DNA from: an uncultured delta proteobacterium
GTDB lineage: Bacteria; Desulfobacterota; Desulfuromonadia; Desulfuromonadales; JACZKF01
Direction: 5' to 3'
NCBI GenBank assembly: GCA_963816395.1
Contig: CAWFKQ010000009.1
Location: forward strand, 160,001 to 224,000
Length of the DNA stretch: 64,000 bases
In this document: positions 1 through 14,257 of the stretch, in pieces
Position numbering within the stretch: position 1 is the first letter of the stretch
Layout: every line of letters starts with the position of its first letter
Notes under the pieces: generated by a model
What the model was told of the DNA's origin: nothing
The model's database searches: none
The model's input: the letters and a program-made list of their open reading frames with translations, nothing else
Translations under genes and position numbers: made by a program

Positions 1-1962
1 GTAGCGCCCATACCCTGAAAGGTTCGGCAGGGCTGCTCGACCTGGGGACCCTGGTCCAGATTTCCCACCAGATGGAGGAAATCCTCAAGGAAGTGGAAGG
101 GGGGGTCCGTCCGCTCTCTGCCGAACTCATCGATCTGCTGCTGATGGCACTCGATGCCCTGGAAGCGCTGGTTGCCGAGGCGGTAGCCGGCGGCGAGTCG
201 CGCCTCGAGGTGTCGGCTATCCTGGAGGCGCTGCAGACAGGCAAAATGGGCGAGCGGCCGATGCACGCTCCCGCTCCGGAGAAGGCCGAACGGGAGATGG
301 TCCGTGCCAGCGTCGCCCGGCTCGATCAGATAGCCAATCTCACTGGCGAATTACTGATTCTGCGCCGGTTTCTGGAGGAGCGCAACCGCCAGGCCGCTTT
401 GCTGGATAAACGTCAGGAAGCTTTCGTGCGGTATTTGCGCAAGGGGGAAGACTACCCCCTGGCGAAAGGGATCGCCGATGATCTGCGGCGGCTCAGCGTC
501 GAGATGGATCGAGACCTGCAGAATCTGGCCTATCTCACCCGCGAATTGCAGCAGGGAGCGATGGAACTGCGTCTGCTCCCGCTCTCCACCATCACCGGCG
601 AGTTCGGCCGGCTGGTTCGGGACCTGGCGCGCGATCTGGGCAAGGAGGCCAGCCTGCTCGTACACGGGGAGGAAGTCGAGCTTGACCGGACCATGCTGGA
701 GGTGGCCAAACCGATGCTGCTGCACCTGCTGCGCAACTCGGTCGATCACGGGATCGAATCTCCCGAGGAGCGCCGGCGGGCGGGAAAGCCGGCACCGGGG
801 AAAATCGAGCTCACCGCCCGCTACGACAGGGGATTCGTTCAGCTGCTGCTGCGCGATGACGGCCGGGGCATCGATCCGGCCCTGGTCCGCCAGGTGGCCG
901 TCGAACGGCGCCTGATGACGGCCGGCGGAGGCGAAAAACCTCACCGATGAGGAAGCGGTCTACCTAGTCCTGCGGCCGGGTTTCTCCACCCGGGAGTTCA
1001 TTACCGATGTTTCCGGGCGCGGCATCGGGATGGACGTGGTGAAAGCGAGCATCGACCGGGTAAAAGGGAATCTGATCATCCATTCTGAGGTCGGCCGGGG
1101 AACCGAGATGCATCTGCAGCTTCCACTGTCTCTGGCGGTCATCACCGGTCTGGTCTTCGAGTGCGGAGATCAGGTCTATGCCGTCCCCCTCAATTATGTT
1201 TCGGAAGTCCTGCGGCTTTCCCCGGCCGACATTCTTCTCGAGGGTGGACGGGAGGTGGTAAGGGTGGGGAACAAAACCCTCCCGCTGTTCTCCCTGGCCG
1301 AGATTTTCGGCCAACCGGCCGCCACTCCCCAGCGGCTGACCGCCCTGGTTCTGCATTTTCAGGAGCGCCAGGCCGCTTTTGTAGTCAAAAACTCCCTCGG
1401 GGTGCAGGAACTGGTCGTCAGGGGCCTGGGCAGTCAGTTGAAGAGGGTCGAATTTTTCTCCGGGGCAACCATTCTCGGGGATGGTTCGCCGGCCCTGATC
1501 CTTTCCGTCGTCGATCTTTTCGGTGAAGGCGCGATCGGCTCCGGTGCGCGGCTGAAACAGCAGGTTCCGGCCAAGGCCGTGCAAAAGGGCAGGATCCTGG
1601 TGGTTGACGATTCGATCACTACCCGCACCATGGAGAAGAACATCCTGGAAACCCATGGTTATCAGGTCACGGTAGCGGTTTCCGGCCCCGATGCCCTGGA
1701 GAAGCTGAACGTCACCGCCTTCGATCTCATCGTCAGCGATGTCGAGATGCCGGGAATGACCGGCTTCGAGCTCACCCGTCAGGTGCGGGACAATGAGCGG
1801 CTCCGGGACCTGCCGGTGGTCATCGTCACCTCGCTATCCTCCGATGAAGACCGGCGGCGCGGGATGGAGGTTGGCGCCCAGGCCTATATCGTCAAGGGGC
1901 ACTTCGATCAGGGGGTGCTGCTGGAGACGGTGGAGACGCTTGATCGGTTGAGGGAAAAATGA
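1..1962 (+). CDS. cheA: Hybrid chemotaxis histidine kinase CheA (HPt...HATPase-CheW-REC), 5' truncated by the window edge, frameshift near 930
   Basis: HTLKG HPt motif at window start; HLLRNSVDHGIE; DDGRGID; after the shift PGFSTREFITDVSGRGIGMDVV, a CheW domain and a C-terminal receiver (ILVVDDS...DVEMP). Joins ORFs 72..950 and 1030..1962. Confidence 0.92.
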
Positions 1963-2973
1963 TCCGGGTTCTGATCGCCGATGACTCTCTGCTGACCCGT
2001 ATGGTGCTGCGGGACCTGCTTTCCCGCGACGCCGGAATCCAGGTCATTGCCGAAGCCGGCAATGGTCAGCAGGCGGTGGCAGGAGGCCCGCCGCCTGCGT
2101 CCCGACCTGATCATCATGGACGTGCAGATGCCGGTGATGGACGGACTGGCGGCGGTCGTGGAAATCATGGCCGATTGCCCGACGCCGATCCTCGTTCTTT
2201 CCGCCAGTGTGGCTCCCGGCGACAGCCGCTGCGCCTTCAATGCCATCCGCCATGGCGCCCTCGATGTGATGGGCAAACCGCAGGGGGGTGGCGAATCGTT
2301 GGAGGTCATTGCCGGGCAGCTGATCGAGAAGGTCAAAACCCTCGCCCGGGTGCGGGTCATTCACCACTTCCGCCGCCGTCCGGTAGCGCCGGCGCCGCCG
2401 GCCAACGGCGGGCGGCGGGACATTCTGGCGATCGGCGCCTCTACCGGCGGCCCGCCGGCGATCCTTCGCCTGTTGAAGGAATTCCCCCGCACCACCTCCG
2501 CCCGTATCCTCATCGTCCAGCATATCGCCGCCGGTTTCGCCGCCGGTTTTGCCGACTGGCTCAATCGCGAAACCGACCTTTCGGTGCGTCTGGCCCGCAC
2601 CGGCGACCCCTTGGAGCCGGGGATGGCCCTGGTCGCCCCGAACGGCAGCCATCTGCTGGTGCAAGGGGAGCGGGTCGTCCTCTCTCCGGACCCGCCGGTC
2701 AACAGCTGCCGTCCCTCGGTGGATGTGCTGTTCGCTTCCCTGGCGAATTGCCTGGCGGCCCGCACGGCGGCCGTCCTGCTCACCGGCATGGGCCGGGACG
2801 GCGCCGAAGGGATGGCGGCTCTGCGGCGCGCCGGCGCCTATACCATCGCCCAGGACGAGGGCAGCTGCGCTATTTTCGGCATGCCCAGGGTTGCCATCGA
2901 GGCCGGCTCGGCCATGCAGGTTCTGCCCCTCAACGATATCCCTTCCATGCTGCTTTCCCTCCTGCGACGCTAG
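1959..2973 (+). CDS. cheB: Chemotaxis methylesterase CheB (REC + esterase), frameshift near 2080
   Basis: MIRVLIADDS N-terminus in ORF 1959, then DVQMPVMDG, IGASTGGP, VQHI, LTGMGRDG in ORF 2047..2973. Confidence 0.93.
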
Positions 2974-3062
2974 CCCCGCACTTTCCATCCAGCCGCATTT
3001 ATGCTATTAAGAAGTGCCCGAAATGTCTCGGGCAGTAAGCCGTTTCAGGAGAAATTTCCGCC

Positions 3063-4541
<1,479 letters not shown>

Positions 4542-4580
4542 GCGCGGCGGGTGCATCCGGTCGGTCTCCTCCGGTACAAT

Positions 4581-4606
4581 GTAAGGGCGCAGCACTGCGC
4601 CCTTAT
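4581..4606. repeat. REP-like palindrome between cysS and uvrB
   Basis: GTAAGGGCGCAG-CA-CTGCGCCCTTAT inverted repeat, similar in style to the GTAG-type elements at 56146 and 57386. Confidence 0.45.
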
Positions 4607-4627
4607 GTATTTCACAGGTAACGAAGA

Positions 4628-6625
<1,998 letters not shown>

Positions 6626-6659
6626 ATGAAGGCAAGACCCGAGCGCAGCGAAAATCGAT

Positions 6660-6703
6660 GATACTGCAAGGCCCTCCAAAAACTTGGAGGGCCTTGCAGT
6701 ATC
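6660..6703. terminator. Perfect 20-bp-stem hairpin downstream of uvrB (terminator or stabiliser)
   Basis: GATACTGCAAGGCCCTCCAA-AAAC-TTGGAGGGCCTTGCAGTATC; no U-tract. Confidence 0.55.
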
Positions 6704-6843
6704 GAACCTCAATGGAAAGCAGATCCGGTAGCGGGCCTACAGGGGAAAGGATAATTTTACCCTCTCCTCTGTCGACCGCTCGATTTCTTGCCTCCAGATG
6801 CAGGCTGGTCTGGGGATGTTATTATTAAAAGCAGGAGAGATGG

Positions 6844-8676
6844 ATGAAGTCATTGAGAACGGAGGAAAAACGATCGCTGGAGGTTGCCGAGGCGGCGCGG
6901 GAGAAGGAGTGGCGGCAGCCGAGCTTTGTCGGCGAGCTGTTCATGGGGCGGCTGCGGCCGGAGCTGATTTTCCCTTATCCCGAACAGGACCCGGCGGACA
7001 AGGCGGCCGGGGATGAGATCCTGGTGCGGCTGCGGCGATTTCTGGCGGAGAAGGTGGATGCCGACCGCATCGACCGGGAGAAGGAATCCCCCCGGAGGTT
7101 TAGACGGCCTGCGGGAGATGGGGCTGTTCGGCATCAAGATCCCGCAGGAATACGGCGGTCTGGGACTGTCGCAGGTCAACTACAACCGGATCATTCAGCT
7201 GGTGGCCAGCCACTGCGCCTCGACGGCGGTCATCCTTTCCGCCCATCAGAGCATCGGCGTGCCGCAGCCGCTGAAGATGTTCGGCAGCGAGGAGCAGAAG
7301 AAAAAGTTTCTGCCACGCCTGGCGGCCGGGGCCACCAGCGCTTTTGCCCTGACCGAGCCGGGGGTCGGCTCCGATCCCTCGCGGATGGTCACCACCGCGG
7401 TGCTCGCGAAGACGGCCAGGAATGGCTGCATCAGCGGCGAGAAGCTGTGGATCAGCAACGGGCCGGTCGCCGAACTGCTGGTGGTGATGGCGAGCACCAA
7501 TGAGCCGGCAGGCGGAGCGGCCGGAGATCTCCGCCTTCATCGTCGAGGGGAACTCGCCGGGGCTGACCGATCTCCACCGCTGCGATTTCATGGGCTTGAA
7601 GGGGATCCAGAATGGTCTGCTGAAGTTCGAGAATGTCCGCGTGCCGGCGGAGAATCTGCTCGGCGAACGGGGCGGCGGCCTGCGCCTGGCCCTGGCGACC
7701 CTCAACACCGGCCGCCTCACCCTGCCGGCGGCCTGCGGCGGGGCGATGAAGCAGGTGCTGGCGATGGCGGTCGACTGGGGGAAGGCGCGGGAGCAGTGGG
7801 GCGCCCCGGTCGGGCATCATGAAGCGGTGGCGGCGAAGATCGCCGCCATGGCCGCCGATCTCTACGCGGTGGAAAGTCTCACCTGGCTGACCTCGGCCAT
7901 GGCCGACCGGGAAAGGATGGATATCCGTCTGGAGGCGGCCATGGCCAAGCTGTTCTGTACCGAGGCCCTCTGGCGCGCCGTCGATGCCGGGGTGCAGGTG
8001 CGCGGCGGCCGCGGCTATGAAACGGCCGACTCCCTGCGCGGTCGCGGCGAGGCGCCGATGCCGATGGAACGCATGCTGCGCGATGCCCGCATCAATCTGA
8101 TCATCGAGGGGACGAGCGAAATCATGCGCCTGTTCATCGCCCGCGAGGCCCTCGACCCGCATCTGCGGGCGGCCGGGGTCACGGCGGTATCGACGCGCCC
8201 GGCATCTGGGGCGGGCGATTCGCTTCTATGCCCCCTGGTACCCCCGCCTGTGGTTCCCCACCGCCTTGCCGAAGGATCTGTCCCTGCCGCGCGCTCTGCG
8301 CGGGCACCTGCGCTCCGTCGAGAAGTCGACCCGCCGCCTGGCCCGCGACCTTTTCCACATGATCGTCCGCTACGGCCCCGGTCTGCAGAAGAAGCAGATG
8401 GTGCTGGCCCGACTGGTCGATGCCGGCGCCGAACTCTTCGCCATGGGCGCGGTGCTTTCCCGGGCCGCCTCCCCCGGGCAACCGGCCGGGGCGGAGAAGC
8501 TGGCCGATCTGTTCTGCCGGCGCGCGCGCCGGCGCCTGACGCTCCTGCACCGGAGCGTCTACCGGAATGACGACCGGGTCACCTATCGTCTCGCCCGCCA
8601 GGTGCTCGATGGAGCGTTCCCCTGGCTGGAAGAAAACATCGTCAGCACCTGGAAAAAGAAAGAGAAGCTGCCGTGA
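6844..8676 (+). CDS. Acyl-CoA dehydrogenase (long, VLCAD/ACAD9-like), several frameshifts
   Basis: Fragments 6844, 7013, 7500 and 8266 give [64 protein letters not shown]. Confidence 0.88.
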
Positions 8677-10097
8677 GCGCGCCTTACGACCTGATCATCC
8701 TCGGTTCGGGAACTACCGCCTTCGCCGGCGCCCTCAAGGCGGCGGAGAGGGGCGCAAGGACCCTGATGGTGGAGCAGAGTGAACTCGGCGGTACCTGCGT
8801 CAATTGGGGCTGCATCCCGAGCAAGACCCTGATCGACAAGGCGGCGGCCAATTTTTCCGCTCGCCGCGGGCGGCCGTTCGGCGTGAATCTGACCGCCGGG
8901 CCGCCCGATTGCGGGCGGCTGATGGCGGCCAAGCGGGCTGCCGTGGAAGAACTGCGATGGGCCAGCTATCAGCAGGTGCTGGAAGCGAATCCGCTGATCG
9001 ACGTGCGGCGCGGGCACGGACGTTTTCTCTCCTCCCGGGAGCTGCAGGTCGGCGCCGATATCCTGGTTTCCGACCGTTTCCTCATCGCCTGCGGCGGCAC
9101 CCCGCGCACCCTGCGCATACCCGGACTCGCCGAGGTCGATTACCTGACCAGCTACTCGGCCCTGCATCTCGCCTGTTTCCCCCGCTCCCTGATCATTCTG
9201 GGTGGTGGCGTGATCGCCCTGGAAATGGGGCAGATGTTCTGCCGCTTCGGCACCGAGGTGACGATCGTCGAGCGCGGCGAGCGTATCCTCAAGGACTTCG
9301 ATGGACGGCTGACCGATCTTTTCCAGCAGCAGGCCACAGAGGAAGGGATGGCCTTTCACCTCGGGGTGGAGACGAAGCAGGTCAGCCGGGAAGGGCAGGG
9401 CGTCTGCCTGGTGACCGAAGATGGCGGCAAGGAGCGTCTCTTCCGCGCCGAGCGCCTGATGCTGGCGGTCGGCACCTCCCCGGCCACCGAGGGGATCGGC
9501 CTGGAAGCGGCCGGAGTGGCGGTGGACGAGGCCGGTTTTATCCGCACCGATGAGGAGATGGCTACCACCGCGGCCGGTCTGTTGGCGGCCGGGGACTGCA
9601 CCGGTCCGCCCCTGATCGCCCCGGCAGGGGTGCGCGAGGCGGAGGTGGCGGTGGAAAATCTGCTCGACCCGGCGGCGCACCGGCACATCGATCACCGGCA
9701 TACGCCGATGGCCGTCTTCACCGATCCTGAGTTCGCCATTGTCGGCCAGTCGTCTGCCCAGGCCCGCAAGGAGGGACATGACCCGGTAGAAACCTTTCTG
9801 CCCCTGGAGAAGGTCGCCAAGGCCCATGTCCTGGGGCGTCTGCGCGGCGGCATCGTGCTCACCGCCGACAGGAATTCGGGGCGGCTGCTCGGGGTGGAAA
9901 TCCTGGCGCCACGGGCCGCGGACGTCATCCATGCGGCGGTGCTGGCGGTGCGTTTCGGCCTGACGGTGAATGACCTGGCCGGCACCGTGCATGCCTATCC
10001 GACCATCAGCGACGGCCTGCGCCTGGCCGCCCTGGCCAATATGCACCAGAGAAAAGCAAAACCGGGGGAGATCTCTCCCTGGCACCCATCGGGTTAG
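8673..10097 (+). CDS. Pyridine nucleotide-disulfide oxidoreductase, MerA/RclA-like, lacking the C-terminal Cys-Cys
   Basis: GSGxxA FAD loop, redox-active GGTCVNWGCIPSK, GGGVIALE, AAGD, C-terminal HAYPT; GTG start overlaps the upstream stop. Confidence 0.85.
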   Translation: MSAPYDLIILGSGTTAFAGALKAAERGARTLMVEQSELGGTCVNWGCIPSKTLIDKAAANFSARRGRPFGVNLTAGPPDCGRLMAAKRAAVEELRWASYQQVLEANPLIDVRRGHGRFLSSRELQVGADILVSDRFLIACGGTPRTLRIPGLAEVDYLTSYSALHLACFPRSLIILGGGVIALEMGQMFCRFGTEVTIVERGERILKDFDGRLTDLFQQQATEEGMAFHLGVETKQVSREGQGVCLVTEDGGKERLFRAERLMLAVGTSPATEGIGLEAAGVAVDEAGFIRTDEEMATTAAGLLAAGDCTGPPLIAPAGVREAEVAVENLLDPAAHRHIDHRHTPMAVFTDPEFAIVGQSSAQARKEGHDPVETFLPLEKVAKAHVLGRLRGGIVLTADRNSGRLLGVEILAPRAADVIHAAVLAVRFGLTVNDLAGTVHAYPTISDGLRLAALANMHQRKAKPGEISPWHPSG

Positions 10098-10100
10098 CAG

Positions 10101-11385
10101 ATGCCCGGCAGATGGTCGATCCTGGCCTTGCTGTTGTGCCTGACCCTGGCTGGCGGCTGTTCCCGGCGGGAAGCGAAACTGACTTTCGCCGTCGGCGGCA
10201 CCCCGGACGAGCTCCAGGTGTGGGAAGCGATCATTGCCGATTTCCAGCGGCAGAGCGGCTTGCAGGTCGAACTGCAGCGCCAGCCCACCGATTCGGATCA
10301 GCGACGGCAGCTGCTGGTGATTCCGCTGGCAGCCCACCAGCCGGATCCGGATGTTTTCCTCATGGATGTCGTCTGGCTGGCGCAGTTCGCCGCTTCCGGC
10401 TGGCTGTTGCCGCTGGATGAACAGCTGCGCCGGGCGGGGTTGGACGAAGACCTCTTTTTCTCCCGGGTGATGGAGCTGGTGGACCACTACCGGGGGCGCC
10501 TGGTCGCCCTGCCGGTCTATGTGGACGGCGGTCTGCTCTATTATCGTCGGGACCTGCTGGCGCGGTACGGTTTTGCCGGCCCGCCGGCAACCTGGGAAGA
10601 GCTTCTGGCGCAGGCGAAGCGGGTTCAGGCCGGCGAAAGGAGCAAACAGCCGCGGTTCTTCGGTTTCGTCTGGCAGGGGGCCCAGTACGAGGGGCTGATC
10701 TGCAATTTTCTGGAGTTTGCCGCTTCCAACCGCGGCGGGATCATCGGTAAAACCGGCGCCTTAGCTATCGACTCGCCGGCAAACCGCCAGGCGCTGCAGT
10801 TCATGGCCGAACTCATTCACCGCTACCGGGTGTCGCCTCCCAACACCTACAGTTCAATGCGCGAAGAGGAATGCCGCGAATACTTTCCAGGAGGGGCTGG
10901 CCCTGTTCGAGCGCAACTGGCCGTATGCCTGGGCGCTGCAGCAGAGTGCCGGCTCGCCGGTGGCGGGGCAGGTGGGAATCGCGCCGCTTCCGCACTTCCC
11001 CGGCGGTCGATCGACCGCCGCCCTCGGTGGCTGGCAGGTCGGAATCTCCCGCTTTTCCGATGTGCCGGAGGCGGCCTGGCAACTGGTGGGGTATCTTGCC
11101 TCCTCTGCGGTGCAGCGGCGCCTGGCCTTGGAATTGGGGTGGAATCCGGGCCGGCGTGACCTCTACACCGATCCCGAACTGCTGAAAACATATCCGCATT
11201 TTGCCGAGCTGCGGCAGATATTCGAGCAGGCCGTACCGCGGCCAGTCTTGCCCTACTACTCGCAGCTTTCGGCAGTCCTCCAGCGCCATCTCAACGCGGC
11301 TCTGGCCGGTCGTGCCGAACCCGTGGCGGCGCTGCGGGCGGCGCAGCAGGAGGCGCAGACGCTGGCCCGACATTATGGAGAATGA
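10101..11385 (+). CDS. Carbohydrate ABC transporter substrate-binding lipoprotein (trehalose/maltose-type), frameshift near 10885
   Basis: Lipobox LAGGC; DVFLMDVVWLAQFA, LYYRRDLL, QGAQYEGLICNF, LGGWQVGIS, PRPVLPYYSQLS. Confidence 0.88.
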
Positions 11386-12269
11386 GACGCAGCATGCCGC
11401 CGCGGCGTGAAATCACCGAAGCTCTGCTCTTCGTGCTCCCCCTGGTGCTGGTGGTGGCCGGCTTCATCCTGCTGCCGGTAGCCGGTACGGTGGCGAACAG
11501 TTTTTTCCGGGATGTCACCTTCCTGCCGCGGAAATTCATTCTGCTGGCGAATTATGGGCGGTTATTGTCCGACCCCGGGTTCTGGCAGGCGCTGACCTTT
11601 ACCGGTCTGTTCACCCTGGTTTCCGTCCCCCTGGAACTGGTGCTGGGAATGGCCTTCGCCCTGCTGCTGCAGCAACCCCTTCCCGGTCGGGGGCTGCTGC
11701 GGGCAGCGGTGCTCATCCCCTGGGCCATCCCGGCGGCGGTCTCCGGGCGGGCTTTCGAACTGATCTATCACTACAGTTATGGGCTGGCCAACGGCCTGGT
11801 CATGGCCGCCGGCCTGACTGCGGAGCCGATCAACTGGCTCGGCAGCGGCACCGGCGCCTTTTTCGCGGTGGTGCTGGCGGACGCCTGGAAGACCATCCCT
11901 TTCGTTGCTATCCTGCTGCTGGCGGGTCTGGCCGCCCTGCCGCCGGAGATCTACCGCCAGGCCGAGGTCGACGGCGCGCATTTCTTCCAGCGCTTCTATC
12001 TCCTTACCCTGCCCCTCCTGCGCCCCGTCCTGCTGGTGGCACTGCTGTTTCGCACCATCGATGCCTTGCGGATCTTCGACCTGGTCTACGTTCTCACCGG
12101 CGGCGGACCCGGGGGGACCACCCGCTCCCTCTCTTTGTACGGGTACCGCTATTTTCTGGCGGGGGATTTCGGCTACGGCGCGGCCGTCTCGGTCATCCTT
12201 TTCCTGCTGGCCCTGACGCTCTCCCTGGTTTACGTCCGGGTCGGCGGCTTTCGCCGGGAGTTGTCATGA
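11382..12269 (+). CDS. Carbohydrate ABC transporter permease (MalF-like)
   Basis: Multiple TM segments, WKTIPF, EAA-like IYRQAEVDGA, FRTIDALRIFD. Confidence 0.92.
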   Translation: MRRSMPPRREITEALLFVLPLVLVVAGFILLPVAGTVANSFFRDVTFLPRKFILLANYGRLLSDPGFWQALTFTGLFTLVSVPLELVLGMAFALLLQQPLPGRGLLRAAVLIPWAIPAAVSGRAFELIYHYSYGLANGLVMAAGLTAEPINWLGSGTGAFFAVVLADAWKTIPFVAILLLAGLAALPPEIYRQAEVDGAHFFQRFYLLTLPLLRPVLLVALLFRTIDALRIFDLVYVLTGGGPGGTTRSLSLYGYRYFLAGDFGYGAAVSVILFLLALTLSLVYVRVGGFRRELS

Positions 12270-13093
12270 ACGAGAAATGGGCGAAACGGCTGCTCAGCGA
12301 CTGCGGTGCGATCGTCATGTTTCTCTTCTGCATGCTGCCTTTCGGCTACATGCTCCTGACCGGCCTGGCCAGGCGCCCCTACTTCCCGGGCTTGGGGCGC
12401 CTGGAATTCACCCTGGGCAACTACCGCGACCTGTTCACCGCCGATTCCCTGCATTTCCTGGCCTATCTGCGCAACAGCCTGGTCATCTCGGCGGCAAGCG
12501 CGCTGGCGGCGGTGCTGATCGCCGCCCTGGCCGCTTATGCCGTCACCCGCCTGCCGCTGCCGGGGAAGGCCACCCTGGTGTTGGGGGTGCTGGCCGTTTC
12601 CCTCTTTCCGCAGGTCAGCCTGGTCGGTTACCTGTTCCGGATCATGGTTCGCCTGGGCTGGGTCGACACCTATCCGGGCCTGATTTTCCCTTATATCGCC
12701 TGGATTCTGCCCCTGTCGCTGTGGATCCTGGTCAGCTATTTCGCCCAGATCCCCAGGGATCTCGACCGGGCGGCGGCGATCGACGGCTGCTCGTCGTGGC
12801 AGACCCTGTGGCGGGTCATCCTGCCGGTGGCGGCACCGGGTGTTTTCTCCACCTTCCTGCTGGCCTTTATTTTCGCCTTCAACGAGTTCATGTTCGCCCT
12901 CATGTTGACTACCGATTATCATGCCCGCACCGTGCCGGTGGGGATCGCCTTCTTCCAGGGGCTGCACGGGGAGGTGCCCTGGGGGCGGATCATGGCCGCG
13001 GCGACCTTCACTACCCTGCCGGTCATCCTGCTCACCCTGATCTTTCAGCGGCACATCGTGCAGGGGCTGACCGGGGGGGCGGTGAAAGGATGA
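12266..13093 (+). CDS. Carbohydrate ABC transporter permease (MalG-like)
   Basis: NSLVIS, IPRDLDRAAAIDGC, NEFMFAL, GLTGGAVKG C-terminus. Confidence 0.92.
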   Translation: MNEKWAKRLLSDCGAIVMFLFCMLPFGYMLLTGLARRPYFPGLGRLEFTLGNYRDLFTADSLHFLAYLRNSLVISAASALAAVLIAALAAYAVTRLPLPGKATLVLGVLAVSLFPQVSLVGYLFRIMVRLGWVDTYPGLIFPYIAWILPLSLWILVSYFAQIPRDLDRAAAIDGCSSWQTLWRVILPVAAPGVFSTFLLAFIFAFNEFMFALMLTTDYHARTVPVGIAFFQGLHGEVPWGRIMAAATFTTLPVILLTLIFQRHIVQGLTGGAVKG

Positions 13094-14208
13094 GAATCGA
13101 GCTGACCGGAATCGGCAAGACATATACTGCCCTGCGCGGCCGGGTGGAGGCGGTGCGCGGCATCGACCTGACGATAGCCGACGGCGAGCTGTTCGTCCTG
13201 CTCGGCCCGAGCGGCTGCGGCAAATCCACCCTGCTCAATCTGCTCGCCGGCCTGGAACGCCCCAGCCGGGGGGAGATCCGCTTTGATGGGCGGCTGGTGG
13301 CCGCCGCCGGCGGCCGGCAGTTCCTTTCCGCCCGCGAGCGCAATGTGGCCATGGTTTTTCAGAGTTATGCCCTCTATCCGCACCTGAGCGTCTTTGGGAA
13401 TATCGCTTTTCCCCTGCGGGTGGCCGGGGAAAAGGAGGCGGCCATTCGGGAGGCGGTGCAGCGGGCGGCCGCCGCCCTGGAAATCGAGGGTCTGCTGCCG
13501 GTGCGACCGCGGGAGCTGTCAGGCGGACAGCGGCAGCGGGTGGCGATCGCCCGCGCCATCGTCCGCCAGCCGCAGCTGTTCCTGCTCGACGAGCCGCTCT
13601 CCAATCTCGATGCCCGCCTGCGCGCGGCAACCCGCCTTGCGCTCAAGCGGCTGCAGCGGGAACTGGGGATCACCACCGTCTACGTGACGCACGATCAGAC
13701 GGAGGCAATGACCCTCGGCGATCGCATCGCCGTTCTCCGCCAGGGGCGGGTGGAGCAGATCGGCAGTGCCGGGGAGCTGTATGAGCGGCCGGCCAGCCCT
13801 TTCATCGCCGGCTTCATCGGTTCGCCGCCGATGAATCTGCTGCCGGCGGATTGCCGCCGGGAGGGAGCGCAGCTGGTGATGCGTCTGGGAGGGATCTGCC
13901 TGCGCCTGCCGGCCGCTGACCACCGGCCGATGCCGGAGCGGTGTCTCCTCGGCATCCGGCCGGAGCATCTGCGGTTGCAGGGGAGGGAGGATGAGCCTTT
14001 TCTGGCCGGAAGCATCGAGGCCGTGGAGCCGCTCGGCCGGGAGGTCCTGCTGCATGTGCGGGTGGCAGGGCGGGAGCTGACGGTGCTGGGCGAGCCCCCC
14101 GGTCTGCCGACGGGACGGCAGGTAAAACTGTACCCGGAGTTGCCCCGAATCCACCTTTTTCCAGGCCGGGAGGAGGCGGGTGGTTGCGATCGGCCGCCCC
14201 GGAGTTAG
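13090..14208 (+). CDS. Carbohydrate ABC transporter ATP-binding protein (MalK-like)
   Basis: ATG at 13090 inside ORF 12277; GPSGCGKST, MVFQSYALYPH, LSGGQRQR, LLDEPLSNLD, TOBE-like GIRPEH. Confidence 0.94.
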   Translation: MRIELTGIGKTYTALRGRVEAVRGIDLTIADGELFVLLGPSGCGKSTLLNLLAGLERPSRGEIRFDGRLVAAAGGRQFLSARERNVAMVFQSYALYPHLSVFGNIAFPLRVAGEKEAAIREAVQRAAAALEIEGLLPVRPRELSGGQRQRVAIARAIVRQPQLFLLDEPLSNLDARLRAATRLALKRLQRELGITTVYVTHDQTEAMTLGDRIAVLRQGRVEQIGSAGELYERPASPFIAGFIGSPPMNLLPADCRREGAQLVMRLGGICLRLPAADHRPMPERCLLGIRPEHLRLQGREDEPFLAGSIEAVEPLGREVLLHVRVAGRELTVLGEPPGLPTGRQVKLYPELPRIHLFPGREEAGGCDRPPRS

Positions 14209-14257
14209 GATGAAATGACGAGAAAAGGATCTTACCCCTCAGAAGAAGGAGGAATGC

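Noticed and set aside
8673..10097. Mercury resistance gene merA
   Set aside because: No C-terminal Cys-Cys, no NmerA domain, no merR/T/P nearby.
12277..14208. 643-aa ORF as an N-terminally extended ABC ATPase
   Set aside because: The first 271 codons overlap the permease in another frame; the real start is ATG 13090 with an RBS.
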